In this document: one piece after another, positions 11,290 to 21,730 of the stretch
Numbering within the stretch: the stretch's first letter is position 1
How the letters are laid out: every line of letters begins with the position of its first letter
Assembly: GCA_964530225.1 (NCBI GenBank)
Contig: CAZHBA010000057.1
Span: 553 to 64,552 of the forward strand
DNA: 64,000 nt
From: an uncultured Rhodospirillaceae bacterium
GTDB lineage: Bacteria; Pseudomonadota; Alphaproteobacteria; UBA6615
Direction: 5' to 3'
The notes under the pieces: model-generated
Told to the model about the DNA's origin: nothing
Seen by the model: the letters and a program-made list of their open reading frames with translations, nothing else
Databases searched by the model: none
Translations under genes and position numbers: made by a program

Positions 11290-11940
11290 GGTAGAGCGGC
11301 TCTTTCTTCAGACCAGTATATAAACCAGCCACGAATTCCGCATACCTACTGAATAACTGCGCCGACACACGGTCGCGCTGGCTGCCGCCGAGCAGCCATT
11401 CGCTTGCCTGGCTCCAGCGCCGATGATTGACCTCCGGATTCACGTTGCCCAGAAACCGTATTCGTTTTCCTGCAGCGCCCCCAGAAGGTCTTAGGGCGTT
11501 GATCGGTAAAGCTGATAATCGACTTGAAGCCGTACCTCCACAGCACCGCCATTGCCCATGCTTCGACGCAGCGGCGACGGTGGAGGCGCTCCTCCAACGT
11601 TACCTTTTTCAACAGATTGCCGATGCCGATCTAGAGTTTTTTCTCGACCATACCATCGATTAAAATCTCCCAGAGACGGATATGGAGCCGCTGGACGCTA
11701 CGCGAGATTTTCTTGTGGGAGCAGAACTCGTAGCGGTTGTTAGTTATAGGTGATGGCATCCCACTCAGCGGTGATATCGCGGTCGAGCACGTAGGTCGGA
11801 TTGCGCTTTACCGGATACATGCCCACCGTCGGGCCCTAGCCCTTCGTCACCATCGCCTGGCTGGTCATCAACCTGGAGATAGTTCCGGTGATAATCGGGC
11901 CGGCCGCAATCGTCTTAGCGGTCTGGCGGTGGTTTAAAAG
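11290..11940 (-). pseudogene. Degraded coding remnant or remnants; identity unknown.
   Basis: Protein-like minus-strand translation (MATPEDVLLNHRQTAKTIAAGPIITG...) is interrupted by an in-frame TAG and several frame changes. Short overlapping ORFs occur on both strands. The 1.2-kb gap between genes is otherwise unexplained. Confidence 0.3.
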
Positions 11941-12145
11941 CACATCTTCTGGCGTCGCCATATATTCGGTCAATTTTCAACCGCGTTTGACTTTGACGAG
12001 CATCATTTCTCCATACGCCTAGAGCACACGTTCCGGATACATTGTGCCACTCCTAAAATGTGTAAAGCGTAAACGAAACGCAGCTCACACGTAGTTCAAT
12101 GTTTTTGTCATGAAACAAACCACTTTTTGCAGTGTTAACCCAGTT

Positions 12146-13357
12146 TTACGCCGTTTGTGGCCCCACCAAACGTTCCAGTAGCTGGTCACGGATCGGCCAA
12201 TGGAGCAGCGCCGCGATGATGCCAAGGGCAATCGAGGCATACCACATCGAGGTGTAACTGCCGGTCGCGTCGAACGCGACCCCGCCCAGCCAGGCACCCA
12301 AAAACGACCCGATTTGATGGCTAAAAAAGACAAAGCCGAACAGCATACCTAGATGTTTGGCGCCGAAAATACGCGCTACCACGCCGCCGGTCAGCGGCAC
12401 AGTCGACAGCCAAAACAGGCCGAACAATGCCGCAAAGACATAAATTGTCCATTCCGTTGTCGGCAGAATCATCAAAGCGGCAATTATGGCCGCACGAGCG
12501 AGATATATTAGACTCAACAAGTGTTTTTGGCGATATTTCTTACTCAACTCGCCAGCGATATACGTACCCACAATATTACCAAAGCCGATCACGGTCAGTG
12601 CCACCGCACTGACACCGGCGCTTAAACCTTGGGTGTCAATATATCCAGGCAGATGGGTACCGATGAACGTGACGTGAAAACCGCAGACAAAAAAGCCAGC
12701 GACCAGCAACAGATAGCCCGAATTTTTGCGTGCGGCAGATAGCACCTCGAATAAATTCAGTTCGGGATCATCTGTGATCACATCCTCCGCCGTATTGAAT
12801 AGGCGCGCCAGAGCCGCCATCAACAGGGCGACCACCCCGGCTGCAAGCAAAGCGAAAAACCAACCAGCAACTCCGATAACAGCCTGACTTACGCTCGGCA
12901 GAATCATTGGGCCCAACGCGCCGATGGTGCTAACGAGGGCCACCGCGTAGGTGCGGTTTTCCGGCGTCACCGCCCGCGACACAGCGCTATATACAACGGC
13001 AATACCGGTGCCGCTCATGCCTAGACCGATCAAAACACCGCCAGTGAGAACTAGTTCGGCTGGCGTGATCGCATTCGCCATCCCAAATACACCAATGGCA
13101 TAGAGGATCGCACCGCCGACTATCACCTTGCCCGTCCCGTAGCGGTCGCCGAGACCGCCGACGAGGGGCTGGGCCGCACCCCACAGCAGGTTCTGAACCG
13201 CTATGGCGAGGCCAAAAAGACCCCGGCTCCACTCCAGATCGATGGTCATCGGCACCAGGTAGAGGCCGAATGTCTGGCGCACGCCCAAGCTTATTCCGAG
13301 TACGGCTGCGCCAGCGATGATAATTGAAATCTGCGGGCGCGTCAGTGCGCGGCTCAT
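12146..13357 (-). CDS. MFS transporter.
   Basis: 12-TM-like hydrophobic profile with an MFS signature region (GGLGDRYG). Confidence 0.8.
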   Translation of the reverse strand: MSRALTRPQISIIIAGAAVLGISLGVRQTFGLYLVPMTIDLEWSRGLFGLAIAVQNLLWGAAQPLVGGLGDRYGTGKVIVGGAILYAIGVFGMANAITPAELVLTGGVLIGLGMSGTGIAVVYSAVSRAVTPENRTYAVALVSTIGALGPMILPSVSQAVIGVAGWFFALLAAGVVALLMAALARLFNTAEDVITDDPELNLFEVLSAARKNSGYLLLVAGFFVCGFHVTFIGTHLPGYIDTQGLSAGVSAVALTVIGFGNIVGTYIAGELSKKYRQKHLLSLIYLARAAIIAALMILPTTEWTIYVFAALFGLFWLSTVPLTGGVVARIFGAKHLGMLFGFVFFSHQIGSFLGAWLGGVAFDATGSYTSMWYASIALGIIAALLHWPIRDQLLERLVGPQTA

Positions 13358-13424
13358 TACCTTGTCCAACACTTGATGAGGTTGACTCTACCGGGGTATT
13401 ACATGCGATCCGTTGGTTAATCTG

Positions 13425-13757
13425 TCAACGTTGCCCGAAAATCGCAAGTTGAAGCGAATTACGGCTCAGATTACGGCGTAGCTGTTGGATAATGCCGCGG
13501 GTTCCCGGCAGATGGGGAAGCATACGTACCACCTCGAACACCGAGAGTGAGGATTCGACGATATCGCCGGTATTAAGCTGCCACAAAACGCGTGGCTCGT
13601 CCTCTAATTCCACCGCATCCACCGCGACCGTAACGCCGGTATTCGTCACGTCACCGCGAAATACTGGCCAGTCGGTGGCCGTTGCCGATGGGTTGGCGAA
13701 CAGCCCGGCGCTAAGCGCAATAACGAGCGAATGCGTATAGCTGTAAAATGTTCTCAT
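13425..13757 (-). CDS. Small exported hypothetical protein.
   Basis: N-terminal signal peptide followed by a single PQQ-repeat-like motif (DWPVFRGDVTNTG). Confidence 0.4.
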   Translation of the reverse strand: MRTFYSYTHSLVIALSAGLFANPSATATDWPVFRGDVTNTGVTVAVDAVELEDEPRVLWQLNTGDIVESSLSVFEVVRMLPHLPGTRGIIQQLRRNLSRNSLQLAIFGQR

Positions 13758-13810
13758 GGCTCGATCATCCGCCTACAAACGGTGCCAAGCCAGTCACAGT
13801 TGTGTGTAGC

Positions 13811-15103
13811 TTAGGCGAGTGACTCCGGCTTGGGTCCGCCCGTTGCCCAGTCGAGCAACTCCACCGTATGGACAATCGGCGCGTCGATGTCGTCGGCGAG
13901 CTGAGTCATACAGCCGATATTGCCGGTGGCGACGATGTCCGGTGTGGTCGCCGTGATGTTGGCGGCCTTGCGCTCACGTAGTTGGTCGGCCAACTCACTC
14001 TGCAAAATGTTGTAGGTCCCGGCCGAGCCGCAGCACAGATGGCCCTCGGCCGGCTCGCTAACCATGTATCCGGCGGCCGACAGCAGATCACGCGGCTGAC
14101 GATGCACGCTTTGGCCATGCTGCATGGAACATGCCGACTGATAGGTCACCCGCAGATCGGCCGCGTTGCCGGTGGCCGGCAATACGGCGCCGAGTTCAGT
14201 AACAAATTCGGTCACGTCGCAGGCCAGCTGCGAAATCCGAGTCGCCTTATGGGCGTAGTCCGGATCGTCGCGGAATATGAAGCCATAATCCTTGATCTGG
14301 GTGCCGCAGGCGCTGGAATTGATAATTACGGCATCGAGGCCGCCGGCGTCGATCTCGCGGATCCAGGCATCGACGGTGGCTTTCGCCTGGGCATGCGACT
14401 GATCGACCTTGCCCAGATGATGGACCAGCGATCCACAGCAGCCAGCGCCGTCGGCAACCACCACCTCAACACCCAGCCGCGTCAGCAGGCGTACTGTCGC
14501 CTCGTTGATCTGCGGCGCCAACACGGTTTGCGCGCAGCCGTTGAGCAAGGCGACGCGCTTGCGGCGTTCACCCTCAGCGGCGATCACTTGCGGCTTGTCG
14601 ACCGGCGACGGCTTGGGCATGCGCCGCGGTGCCAGCGCCAGACTAGCGCGAAACCGCTTGGGCAGCAGCCCGGCGAAAGGGCGCGCTATCATCGCCGCGA
14701 TCAGCGTCAGCCGGAATCGCGACGGATAGGGAATGGTCATCGCCAGACCCCAGCGGATTATTCGGTCCATAATCGACCGGCGGTAGGTCTCTTCGACGTG
14801 TTTGCGCCCCTGGTCGATCAAATGCTGGTAGTGCACGCCAGCCGGACAGGTGGCCATACACGACAGGCACGACAAACAGCGGTCGATATGGGTGACCACT
14901 TCGCGGCTGGCCGGCGCCTCGGCCTCCAGCATCTGCTTTATCAGATAGATGCGCCCACGCGGGCTATCGAGCTCGTCGCCGAGCAGTACGTAAGTGGGGC
15001 AGGTCGCGGTGCAGAAACCGCAATGGACGCAGGTGCGCAGAATATCGTTCACCACCGCGGTGTCGGAATCGGCCAGTTGCGCTAGCGAGAAGTGGGTCCG
15101 CAT
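13811..15103 (-). CDS. glcF: Glycolate oxidase iron-sulfur subunit.
   Basis: Two 4Fe-4S ferredoxin CxxCxxCxxxCP motifs plus CCG domains. It is the last gene of the glcDEF operon. Confidence 0.85.
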   Translation of the reverse strand: MRTHFSLAQLADSDTAVVNDILRTCVHCGFCTATCPTYVLLGDELDSPRGRIYLIKQMLEAEAPASREVVTHIDRCLSCLSCMATCPAGVHYQHLIDQGRKHVEETYRRSIMDRIIRWGLAMTIPYPSRFRLTLIAAMIARPFAGLLPKRFRASLALAPRRMPKPSPVDKPQVIAAEGERRKRVALLNGCAQTVLAPQINEATVRLLTRLGVEVVVADGAGCCGSLVHHLGKVDQSHAQAKATVDAWIREIDAGGLDAVIINSSACGTQIKDYGFIFRDDPDYAHKATRISQLACDVTEFVTELGAVLPATGNAADLRVTYQSACSMQHGQSVHRQPRDLLSAAGYMVSEPAEGHLCCGSAGTYNILQSELADQLRERKAANITATTPDIVATGNIGCMTQLADDIDAPIVHTVELLDWATGGPKPESLA

Positions 15104-15106
15104 CGC

Positions 15107-16357
15107 TTAAACCCCACGATACATGCGGCCAGGGTTGAGGATATGCCGAGGATCGAAGCTGTCTTTCACCCGCGCGGACAGGGCGGCCAAACCGGCGGCC
15201 TGGGGTTGGAAGACTTCGACTAGCGCCCGCACTTCGTCGGAGGCCCGCACCAGCGTCGCATGCCCGCCACCGTGCTGGCCGAGCGCCGAGCGCACAGCGG
15301 CGGTGCCGCCATCGTCGCCATCGTCGTCGACGCGGTACCAGATCAATCCGCCGCCCCAGTCGTAAAACGCCGTACCCGGCCGTGCATTGATTATATCGCG
15401 CAACACCGCCGCGCCTTCACTCGCGGTCACTGAAATGCGCCACAGAGGCTGATTGCCGACCTGAAACGGGACAACATCGCGCACTTCCTGCCAGAATATG
15501 GCCGAATTGGCACTGTGCAATTCCTCTAACGCCCCGAACGAGCCCAGCAGCGCACGCAGTGCCTCGGTGCGAGCTGCCACCGATGTATCGAACCCCTCGA
15601 CCCGCAACGCTGTTACCGCCACGCCGGCGCCGTTGACGTAACCGACCGCGGATTGCGCCGCCACCGGAGCAGGCAAGTGCGCAGCACCAGAGACCTCGTG
15701 GCTGGAGTTGAGTGCCACGGTCATCGCCTGCTGCGTCGTCTTATCGTCGAGACCAAATACTAAAACCGTGCGAATTTTTTCCGACGCCGGCAGCACCTTA
15801 ACGGTGATCTCGGTCAGCGCCGCGAGGGTGCCGTAAGACCCGGTCATCAATTTCGACAGATCGTAGCCGGTGACATTTTTAACCACGCGGCCACCGCTTT
15901 TGATCGCCTCGCCGCGTCCGCTCACGCCCGCTACTCCCAGGACGTGATCCCGCGCGGCACCGGCCTTGATACGCCGCGGGCCGGCCAGATTACAGGCGAT
16001 AGCACCGCCCAGGGTGCCGCCGTCATTGCCATACAGACGGGCCATATGCATCGGCTCAAAGGCCAGTTGCTGGCCACTTCCAACAGCCGCGGCCTCGATT
16101 TCGGCGAGCGGCGTGCCGGCACCGGCGGTGAGTACCAGCTCTTCAGGCTCGTACAGCGTGATGCCGCTTAAATGTGACAGGTCGAGGGTGTAGTCAATAA
16201 TGCGATTGCCTTCACCACTATGTTGGCCAAGTATTGGCCGACCAAGACCGCGCTTAGTCGCGGTGCCAGCAACCTCCAGCGGTACCTCCTCACCGACCGC
16301 CCAGGCAACGATCTCGACCACCTGTGCTGCATTCGTCGGCTGTAACAGTTCGGTCAT
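15107..16357 (-). CDS. glcE: Glycolate oxidase FAD-binding subunit.
   Basis: FAD_binding_4 family protein. It overlaps or abuts glcD and glcF. Confidence 0.8.
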   Translation of the reverse strand: MTELLQPTNAAQVVEIVAWAVGEEVPLEVAGTATKRGLGRPILGQHSGEGNRIIDYTLDLSHLSGITLYEPEELVLTAGAGTPLAEIEAAAVGSGQQLAFEPMHMARLYGNDGGTLGGAIACNLAGPRRIKAGAARDHVLGVAGVSGRGEAIKSGGRVVKNVTGYDLSKLMTGSYGTLAALTEITVKVLPASEKIRTVLVFGLDDKTTQQAMTVALNSSHEVSGAAHLPAPVAAQSAVGYVNGAGVAVTALRVEGFDTSVAARTEALRALLGSFGALEELHSANSAIFWQEVRDVVPFQVGNQPLWRISVTASEGAAVLRDIINARPGTAFYDWGGGLIWYRVDDDGDDGGTAAVRSALGQHGGGHATLVRASDEVRALVEVFQPQAAGLAALSARVKDSFDPRHILNPGRMYRGV

Positions 16358-16361
16358 AGCG

Positions 16362-17855
16362 CTAGAATCGCGGCAGGTTGGGAAATGGCATCTGGCCGCG
16401 GTTGATATGCATGCGGCCGAGCTCGGCGCAACGGTACAGGGTGGGAAAAACCTTGCCCGGATTCAGGAGTTGCTTCGGGTCGAAGGCGCATTTGACCCGC
16501 TGCTGCTGGTTTAAGTCTTCTTCGGAGAACATCAACCCCATCAGATCACGTTTCTCTACACCGACACCGTGTTCACCAGTAAGCACACCGCCAACTTCGA
16601 CGCATAACCGCAATATGTCCGAGCCAAAATCTTCGGCCCGTTCCAGTTCACCGGGATTGTTGGCGTCGTACATGATGAGCGGATGCAGGTTACCGTCGCC
16701 GGCGTGAAACACATTGGCAACGCCCAGTCCGTACTTCTCGGACAATTCCGCCGTGCGCGACAGCACTTCCGGTAACCGGTGGCGCGGGATGGAGCCATCC
16801 ATGCAGTAATAATCGGGGGTCAGGCGGCCGATGGCCGAAAAGGCCGCCTTGCGACCCGCCCAAAACTGCTCGCGTTCCTCTTCGCTCTCGCTGATGCGTA
16901 CCGAGACCGAACCTAAATCATCGGCAATCGAGCATACCTGCTCGATCAAATAATCGACTTCGGCAGGCGGCCCATCAAGCTCAACCAACAGCATCGCCTC
17001 AACATCCAGTGGGTAACCCACTTGCACGAAAGCCTCGGCCGCCTTGATCGCCAGCTGGTCCATTATTTCCATGCCGCTGGGGATAATGCCGTCACCGATA
17101 ATATTGGCAACGCATTGGCCGCTGGCCTCGGAACTGTTGAAGCCGATCATCACCGCCCGGGCAGTTGTCGGTTTCGGCAAAATTCGAACCGTGACTTCGG
17201 TGATAACCCCGAGCAGACCTTCCGAGCCGGTCATCAGGCCCAATAGATCGTAACCTTCGCTGTCCATGTGCTTGCCACCCAGGCCAACGATTTCGCCACC
17301 GGGCAGGACCATCTCGATGCCGAGGATATTGTTGGTGGTGAGACCATATTTCAGGCAATGCACGCCGCCGGAATTTTCCGCCACATTGCCGCCGATGGTG
17401 CAGGCAATCTGGCTCGACGGGTCGGGGGCGTAGTAAAATCCTTCGCCATCGACCGCTTGCGAGATGCCCAGATTGGTCACCCCGGGCTGCACCCGCGCAC
17501 AGCGGTTGTCGTAGTCAATTTCGAGCACCCGGTTGAACTTGCCCAACCCCAGGGTGATGCCATCGGCCAGGGGAAGTGCACCGCCAGACAACGACGTGCC
17601 GGCGCCACGCGGCACGATCTTCACATTGTTCTGATGGCAATAGGCCAGCACCTGGCTCACCTGGGCCACGGTTTCCGGCAGGACGACGATCATCGGTAAT
17701 TGGTGGTAAGCGGTTAGCCCATCGGTCTCGTAGACCGCCATCTCCTTCTCGTCGGAAATCACGCACGGGCCCGACACGATGGCGATCATCGCTGCAACAA
17801 TCTCGCCGCGCCGCACCAATACCGATTGATCGGGATCAGGCATTTTCATCGGCAC
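16362..17855 (-). CDS. glcD: Glycolate oxidase subunit GlcD (FAD-linked oxidase).
   Basis: FAD-binding PCMH domain plus FAD-oxidase C-terminal domain. It is the first gene of the minus-strand operon. Confidence 0.85.
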   Translation of the reverse strand: MPMKMPDPDQSVLVRRGEIVAAMIAIVSGPCVISDEKEMAVYETDGLTAYHQLPMIVVLPETVAQVSQVLAYCHQNNVKIVPRGAGTSLSGGALPLADGITLGLGKFNRVLEIDYDNRCARVQPGVTNLGISQAVDGEGFYYAPDPSSQIACTIGGNVAENSGGVHCLKYGLTTNNILGIEMVLPGGEIVGLGGKHMDSEGYDLLGLMTGSEGLLGVITEVTVRILPKPTTARAVMIGFNSSEASGQCVANIIGDGIIPSGMEIMDQLAIKAAEAFVQVGYPLDVEAMLLVELDGPPAEVDYLIEQVCSIADDLGSVSVRISESEEEREQFWAGRKAAFSAIGRLTPDYYCMDGSIPRHRLPEVLSRTAELSEKYGLGVANVFHAGDGNLHPLIMYDANNPGELERAEDFGSDILRLCVEVGGVLTGEHGVGVEKRDLMGLMFSEEDLNQQQRVKCAFDPKQLLNPGKVFPTLYRCAELGRMHINRGQMPFPNLPRF

Positions 17856-17992
17856 AGTCCCTCACCTCACGCCAGCGCAACCATGTGCCAACCATAGGCT
17901 TCTTGCAGACAACAAAACCCTTCGTTTATCTATCGCGCGATTTTAAATTCACGGTTGGAGGGCCGTCTACGCAAGGGCATTAACGCCCAGCA

Positions 17993-18118
17993 TCAGCCTT
18001 GCCGTGCCTTAAATCGCGGGTTGCGTTTGTTGATGACGTAGATACGTCCGCGCCGCTTCACAACCTGGCAGTTGCGATGGCGCTTCTTTAAAGTTCTCAA
18101 CGAACTAGCGACCTTCAT
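17993..18118 (-). CDS. rpmJ: 50S ribosomal protein L36 (bL36), a cysteine-poor paralog type. It is missing from the ORF track.
   Basis: The minus-strand translation [41 protein letters not shown] (41 aa) matches the L36 consensus MKV..S.K......C.....RG...VI.....KQRQG. Confidence 0.75.
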   Translation of the reverse strand: MKVASSLRTLKKRHRNCQVVKRRGRIYVINKRNPRFKARQG

Positions 18119-18365
18119 GGATCTGGCTTTCGGCTATCATCGGTACCAAAGTTGGCCAACGGCGCGGAACCTACAAAGCCATCCGCAGGCTGTCAACTGT
18201 ACTGCGACCAGGTTAACAAGCGCGCAAAAAGCTGCGCTCAGAGTGTTTGACATCACCCGCCGTCAGAGAGCATGCTGAACGGCAATTAGGGTCCACCAAA
18301 GACCCAATTTTGTGGGCTAAATAGCGTCAAAAAGAAACACCCGACGGCCCTCAGGGGAAAGCGCG

Positions 18366-19394
18366 ATGAGCATACAGCACGAAACGATCGAAGAACTGAC
18401 GGCCAGTGGCGAGGAAATTCCGATCCTCGATCTGGGTCCCTATCTGGTTGGTGAACCCGGCGCGCTCGATGCGTTGGCAGCCGAACTGCGCCACGCCCAG
18501 GAAGACGTTGGCTTCTACTTTTCGATCAATCACGGCGTGCCGCGCGAGTTGATCCAGCGCGCCTACGATCAGCTGCGTAAACTGTTCGCTCTGCCGGAAG
18601 AGGAAAAGCTCAAGCTCAAGGTCGGCAAGGCGGGGCTTGGCTATATCCCGCCGAAGTCGTCGATCTACGTCACCTCGCCAGTCAACCAAAATACTATGCC
18701 CGACCTCAACGAGGTGATTTTGACGGCCCGCGAACGGCCCGCCGACCACCCGTCAATCGTCGCCGGGCGCCGCTTTACCGGCCCCAATAAATGGCCCAAC
18801 GAGACGTTGGTGCCGGGTTATCGCGAGACGTTGCTGGAATACTACGCGGTGATGGAGGCACTCGGTTACAAGATGTTGCCGGTATATGCCCGCGCACTCG
18901 GCCTGCCGGCGGATTATTTTGAACCGTTCTTCACCGACCCCACCTGGACCACGCGCAACGCCCACTACCCGCCGGCGCAGGCAGAGGACAACCAGTTCGG
19001 CATCGCGCCGCACCGCGACCATGGGTTCATTACGCTGTTACCCCTGTCTGAGGAGCCGGGCCTGCAGGTCCAGTCCAGCAGCGGTAAATGGATTTCGGCC
19101 AACATCATTGAGGACGCGATCGCCGTAAACACCGGCGAGTTCCTGAGCCGATGGTCGAACGGTCGTTTCATGGCTACCCCGCACCGGGTCGTGCCGCCCA
19201 AGCGCGACCGCTATTCGCTCGCCTTCTTCTTCAACCCCACTTGGGATGTGGTGTCGGAGCCCTTTCCCACTTGTGTTGGCCCCGACAATCCGCCGCAGTT
19301 CAAGCCAGGAACTTTCCTCGATTACCTGAACTGGTACGTTGACAGTAACTTCTCGAGTGCCGGTGGCGGCAAACGTCAACACGCTTCTGTGTAG
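18366..19394 (+). CDS. 2OG-Fe(II) oxygenase of the isopenicillin-N-synthase-like family.
   Basis: DIOX_N-like N-terminus (IPILDLG...) and a C-terminal HxD...H core (HRDHG...HRV). Confidence 0.75.
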   Translation: MSIQHETIEELTASGEEIPILDLGPYLVGEPGALDALAAELRHAQEDVGFYFSINHGVPRELIQRAYDQLRKLFALPEEEKLKLKVGKAGLGYIPPKSSIYVTSPVNQNTMPDLNEVILTARERPADHPSIVAGRRFTGPNKWPNETLVPGYRETLLEYYAVMEALGYKMLPVYARALGLPADYFEPFFTDPTWTTRNAHYPPAQAEDNQFGIAPHRDHGFITLLPLSEEPGLQVQSSSGKWISANIIEDAIAVNTGEFLSRWSNGRFMATPHRVVPPKRDRYSLAFFFNPTWDVVSEPFPTCVGPDNPPQFKPGTFLDYLNWYVDSNFSSAGGGKRQHASV

Positions 19395-19486
19395 ACCGCA
19401 ACGGCGCATGGTCGGCCAAGGCGTGATATACAGTTAGATAGTCGAATCGGAATTCTCATTATTATGAATGCGCAGAGGTATTTCGC

Positions 19487-20473
19487 GTGAGCGACCCATC
19501 AAACCCACAGTTCTCGAGCATGCGCCTGGGAAGCCATCCCGAGCGCGACGACGTCGCCTTCGATCTTGAGTCGGTTTTGTCGTCGGTCGTATCGCTGCGT
19601 GCGGCCATTCCCGAAGACGCATTCACGGCGCCAATTCTGGGCACCGAGCGCGAAGGCCAAGGCGTGGTCATCGACAACAGCGGCCGGGTGCTAACCATCG
19701 GTTATCTGGTGACAGAAGCCGAAGAAATCTGGCTGGTCGGCAACAACGGTATGGCGCTGCCCGCCCATGTGGTGGCGTACGACCAAGAAACCGGGTTCGG
19801 ATTGGTACAGGCGCTGGGGAATCTCGGCTTACCGGCAGCAGATATCGGCGAATCGTTCTCGGTCGGTGTCGGCGATCCGGTTATCGTCGCCAGTCAAGGC
19901 GGTGCCGAAGAAGCCGTCAACGCTCAGGTCGTCTCGGTGCGCGAGTTCGCTGGATCGTGGGAATATCTGCTCGACGACGCAATATTTACAATCCCGGCGC
20001 ATCCGAAATGGAGCGGCGCCGGCATGTTTAACCAGATTGGTCAACTGATCGGCATCGGATCGCTTTACATCCAACAGGCGATACCCGGCGAAGATCAAAT
20101 CGACGGCAATATGATCGTGCCGATCGATATCCTGAAACCCATTTACGACGACTTGGTCACGCTGGGCCGCTCCGACAAATCACCGCGACCGTGGCTAGGT
20201 ATGACGACAGCGGAAGCCGACGACAGGCTGGTTGTCGCGGGTCTGGCAAATCGTGGTCCCGCCATGCGCGCCGGGGTCGAATTGGGCGATCTGGTGATAG
20301 GCATCGCCGGCGAACCGGTTACCGGCCTATCGACCATGTTCCGCAAGATTTGGTCGCTCGGCAGCGCCAGCGTCGCTGTACCGCTGACGCTACAGCGCGA
20401 TGGCCGCACTCTGTCCGTCACTGTGGACAGCGGCGAACGCGCCGATTATCTGAAAAAACCGAACGTCAACTAG
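19487..20473 (+). CDS. Trypsin-like (S1C) serine peptidase with a C-terminal PDZ domain.
   Basis: Chymotrypsin-fold region followed by a PDZ-like segment (PWLGMTTAEADDRLVVAGLANRGPAMRAGVELGDLV). Confidence 0.7.
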   Translation: MSDPSNPQFSSMRLGSHPERDDVAFDLESVLSSVVSLRAAIPEDAFTAPILGTEREGQGVVIDNSGRVLTIGYLVTEAEEIWLVGNNGMALPAHVVAYDQETGFGLVQALGNLGLPAADIGESFSVGVGDPVIVASQGGAEEAVNAQVVSVREFAGSWEYLLDDAIFTIPAHPKWSGAGMFNQIGQLIGIGSLYIQQAIPGEDQIDGNMIVPIDILKPIYDDLVTLGRSDKSPRPWLGMTTAEADDRLVVAGLANRGPAMRAGVELGDLVIGIAGEPVTGLSTMFRKIWSLGSASVAVPLTLQRDGRTLSVTVDSGERADYLKKPNVN

Positions 20474-20655
20474 ACCCCCGGCGGCCCCTAGCAGACCCTT
20501 TCGGGCGCTGGCGGGAAAGCTACGTCCGGGACACAACACCATTATCCAACTAAAGGCGGTTGTCTGCCGGGGCTTTTAGGGTGCAGTATTACCCCGCGGT
20601 AACAAATTGCGGGCGTCATTCAAGGCGTTCGCGGTCAACAATCAGGGAGTTGATT

Positions 20656-21678
20656 ATGAAATTTACAGCAATCACAAGCGCAGCCGTTGTGGCGGCAGCG
20701 ATGTGGCTCACCGGCGGCGCTCACGCGGCGACGCTCGACGACGTTAAAGCCGCCGGCCAGTTGAAGTGCGGCATCAACACCGGTCTACCCGGATTTGCCT
20801 TCACCGACGACAAGGGCAACTGGACGGGCTTCGATGTAGCCTATTGCCGGGCGCTCGCCGCGGCGGTGCTGGGCGACCCCGGCAAGGTCAAGTACGTCAA
20901 CCTGACCGGCAAAAACCGTTTTCCAGCGCTCGCCTCGGGTGAAATCGACGTACTATCGCGCAACACCACTTGGACCTTCTCGCGCGATGTCGATTTAGGC
21001 TTCACCTTCATTGGCGTCAGCTATTACGACGGCCAGGGTTTTATCGGCCGCACAGCACTGGGCGTTAAAAGCGCCAAGGAACTGGACGGCGCGTCGATCT
21101 GTATCCAGACCGGCACGACAACCGAGTTAAACCTCGCCGACTTCTTTCGCGTTAACAAAATCAAGTACGAGCCGGTGCCGATCGAGACCAACGAGGAAGC
21201 GCGCAAGGGCTATGAAGCTGAGCGTTGCGACGTCTACACCACGGACGCCTCGGGCCTCGCCGCCACCAAGTCGACCTTCTCGGACGCCAGCAAGCACATG
21301 GTGTTCCCGGAAATCATCTCAAAAGAACCGCTGGGACCGTTGGTTCGCCAGGGCGACGACCAGTGGGCCGACATCGCCCGCTGGACCCTCAACGCGCTGA
21401 TCAACGCCGAGGAACTCGGTGTTACCCAGGCCAATGTTACGTCGATGGCGAACAAGGGTAATAATCCCGAAATCAACCGCATGCTCGGTTCCGAGGGGTC
21501 GTTGGGCGAAATGCTCGGTCTGTCCAAGACCTGGGCGGTCGCCGCTATTAAGGCCGGAGGTAACTACGCAGAAATCTTCGAACGTTACCTTGGCAAGAAC
21601 ACCGCGCTCGGTCTCGCGCGCGGCCAGAACGCACTCTACAAGGATGGCGGCATCCTCTACGCCCCGCCAATGCGTTAA
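20656..21678 (+). CDS. aapJ: General L-amino-acid ABC transporter substrate-binding protein.
   Basis: Signal peptide (MKFTAITSAAVVAAAMWLTGGAHA) plus a periplasmic binding fold. It is the first gene of aapJQMP. Confidence 0.85.
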   Translation: MKFTAITSAAVVAAAMWLTGGAHAATLDDVKAAGQLKCGINTGLPGFAFTDDKGNWTGFDVAYCRALAAAVLGDPGKVKYVNLTGKNRFPALASGEIDVLSRNTTWTFSRDVDLGFTFIGVSYYDGQGFIGRTALGVKSAKELDGASICIQTGTTTELNLADFFRVNKIKYEPVPIETNEEARKGYEAERCDVYTTDASGLAATKSTFSDASKHMVFPEIISKEPLGPLVRQGDDQWADIARWTLNALINAEELGVTQANVTSMANKGNNPEINRMLGSEGSLGEMLGLSKTWAVAAIKAGGNYAEIFERYLGKNTALGLARGQNALYKDGGILYAPPMR

Positions 21679-21694
21679 CCGCAAACAAATGAAT

Positions 21695-21730
21695 GGTCCG
21701 CCCCAAGAGGGCGGACCATTTCTTTTGTGT
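21695..21730 (+). terminator. Intrinsic terminator/attenuator between aapJ and aapQ.
   Basis: Hairpin ggtccgcccc-aaga-gggcggacc followed by TTTCTTTTGT. Confidence 0.7.
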
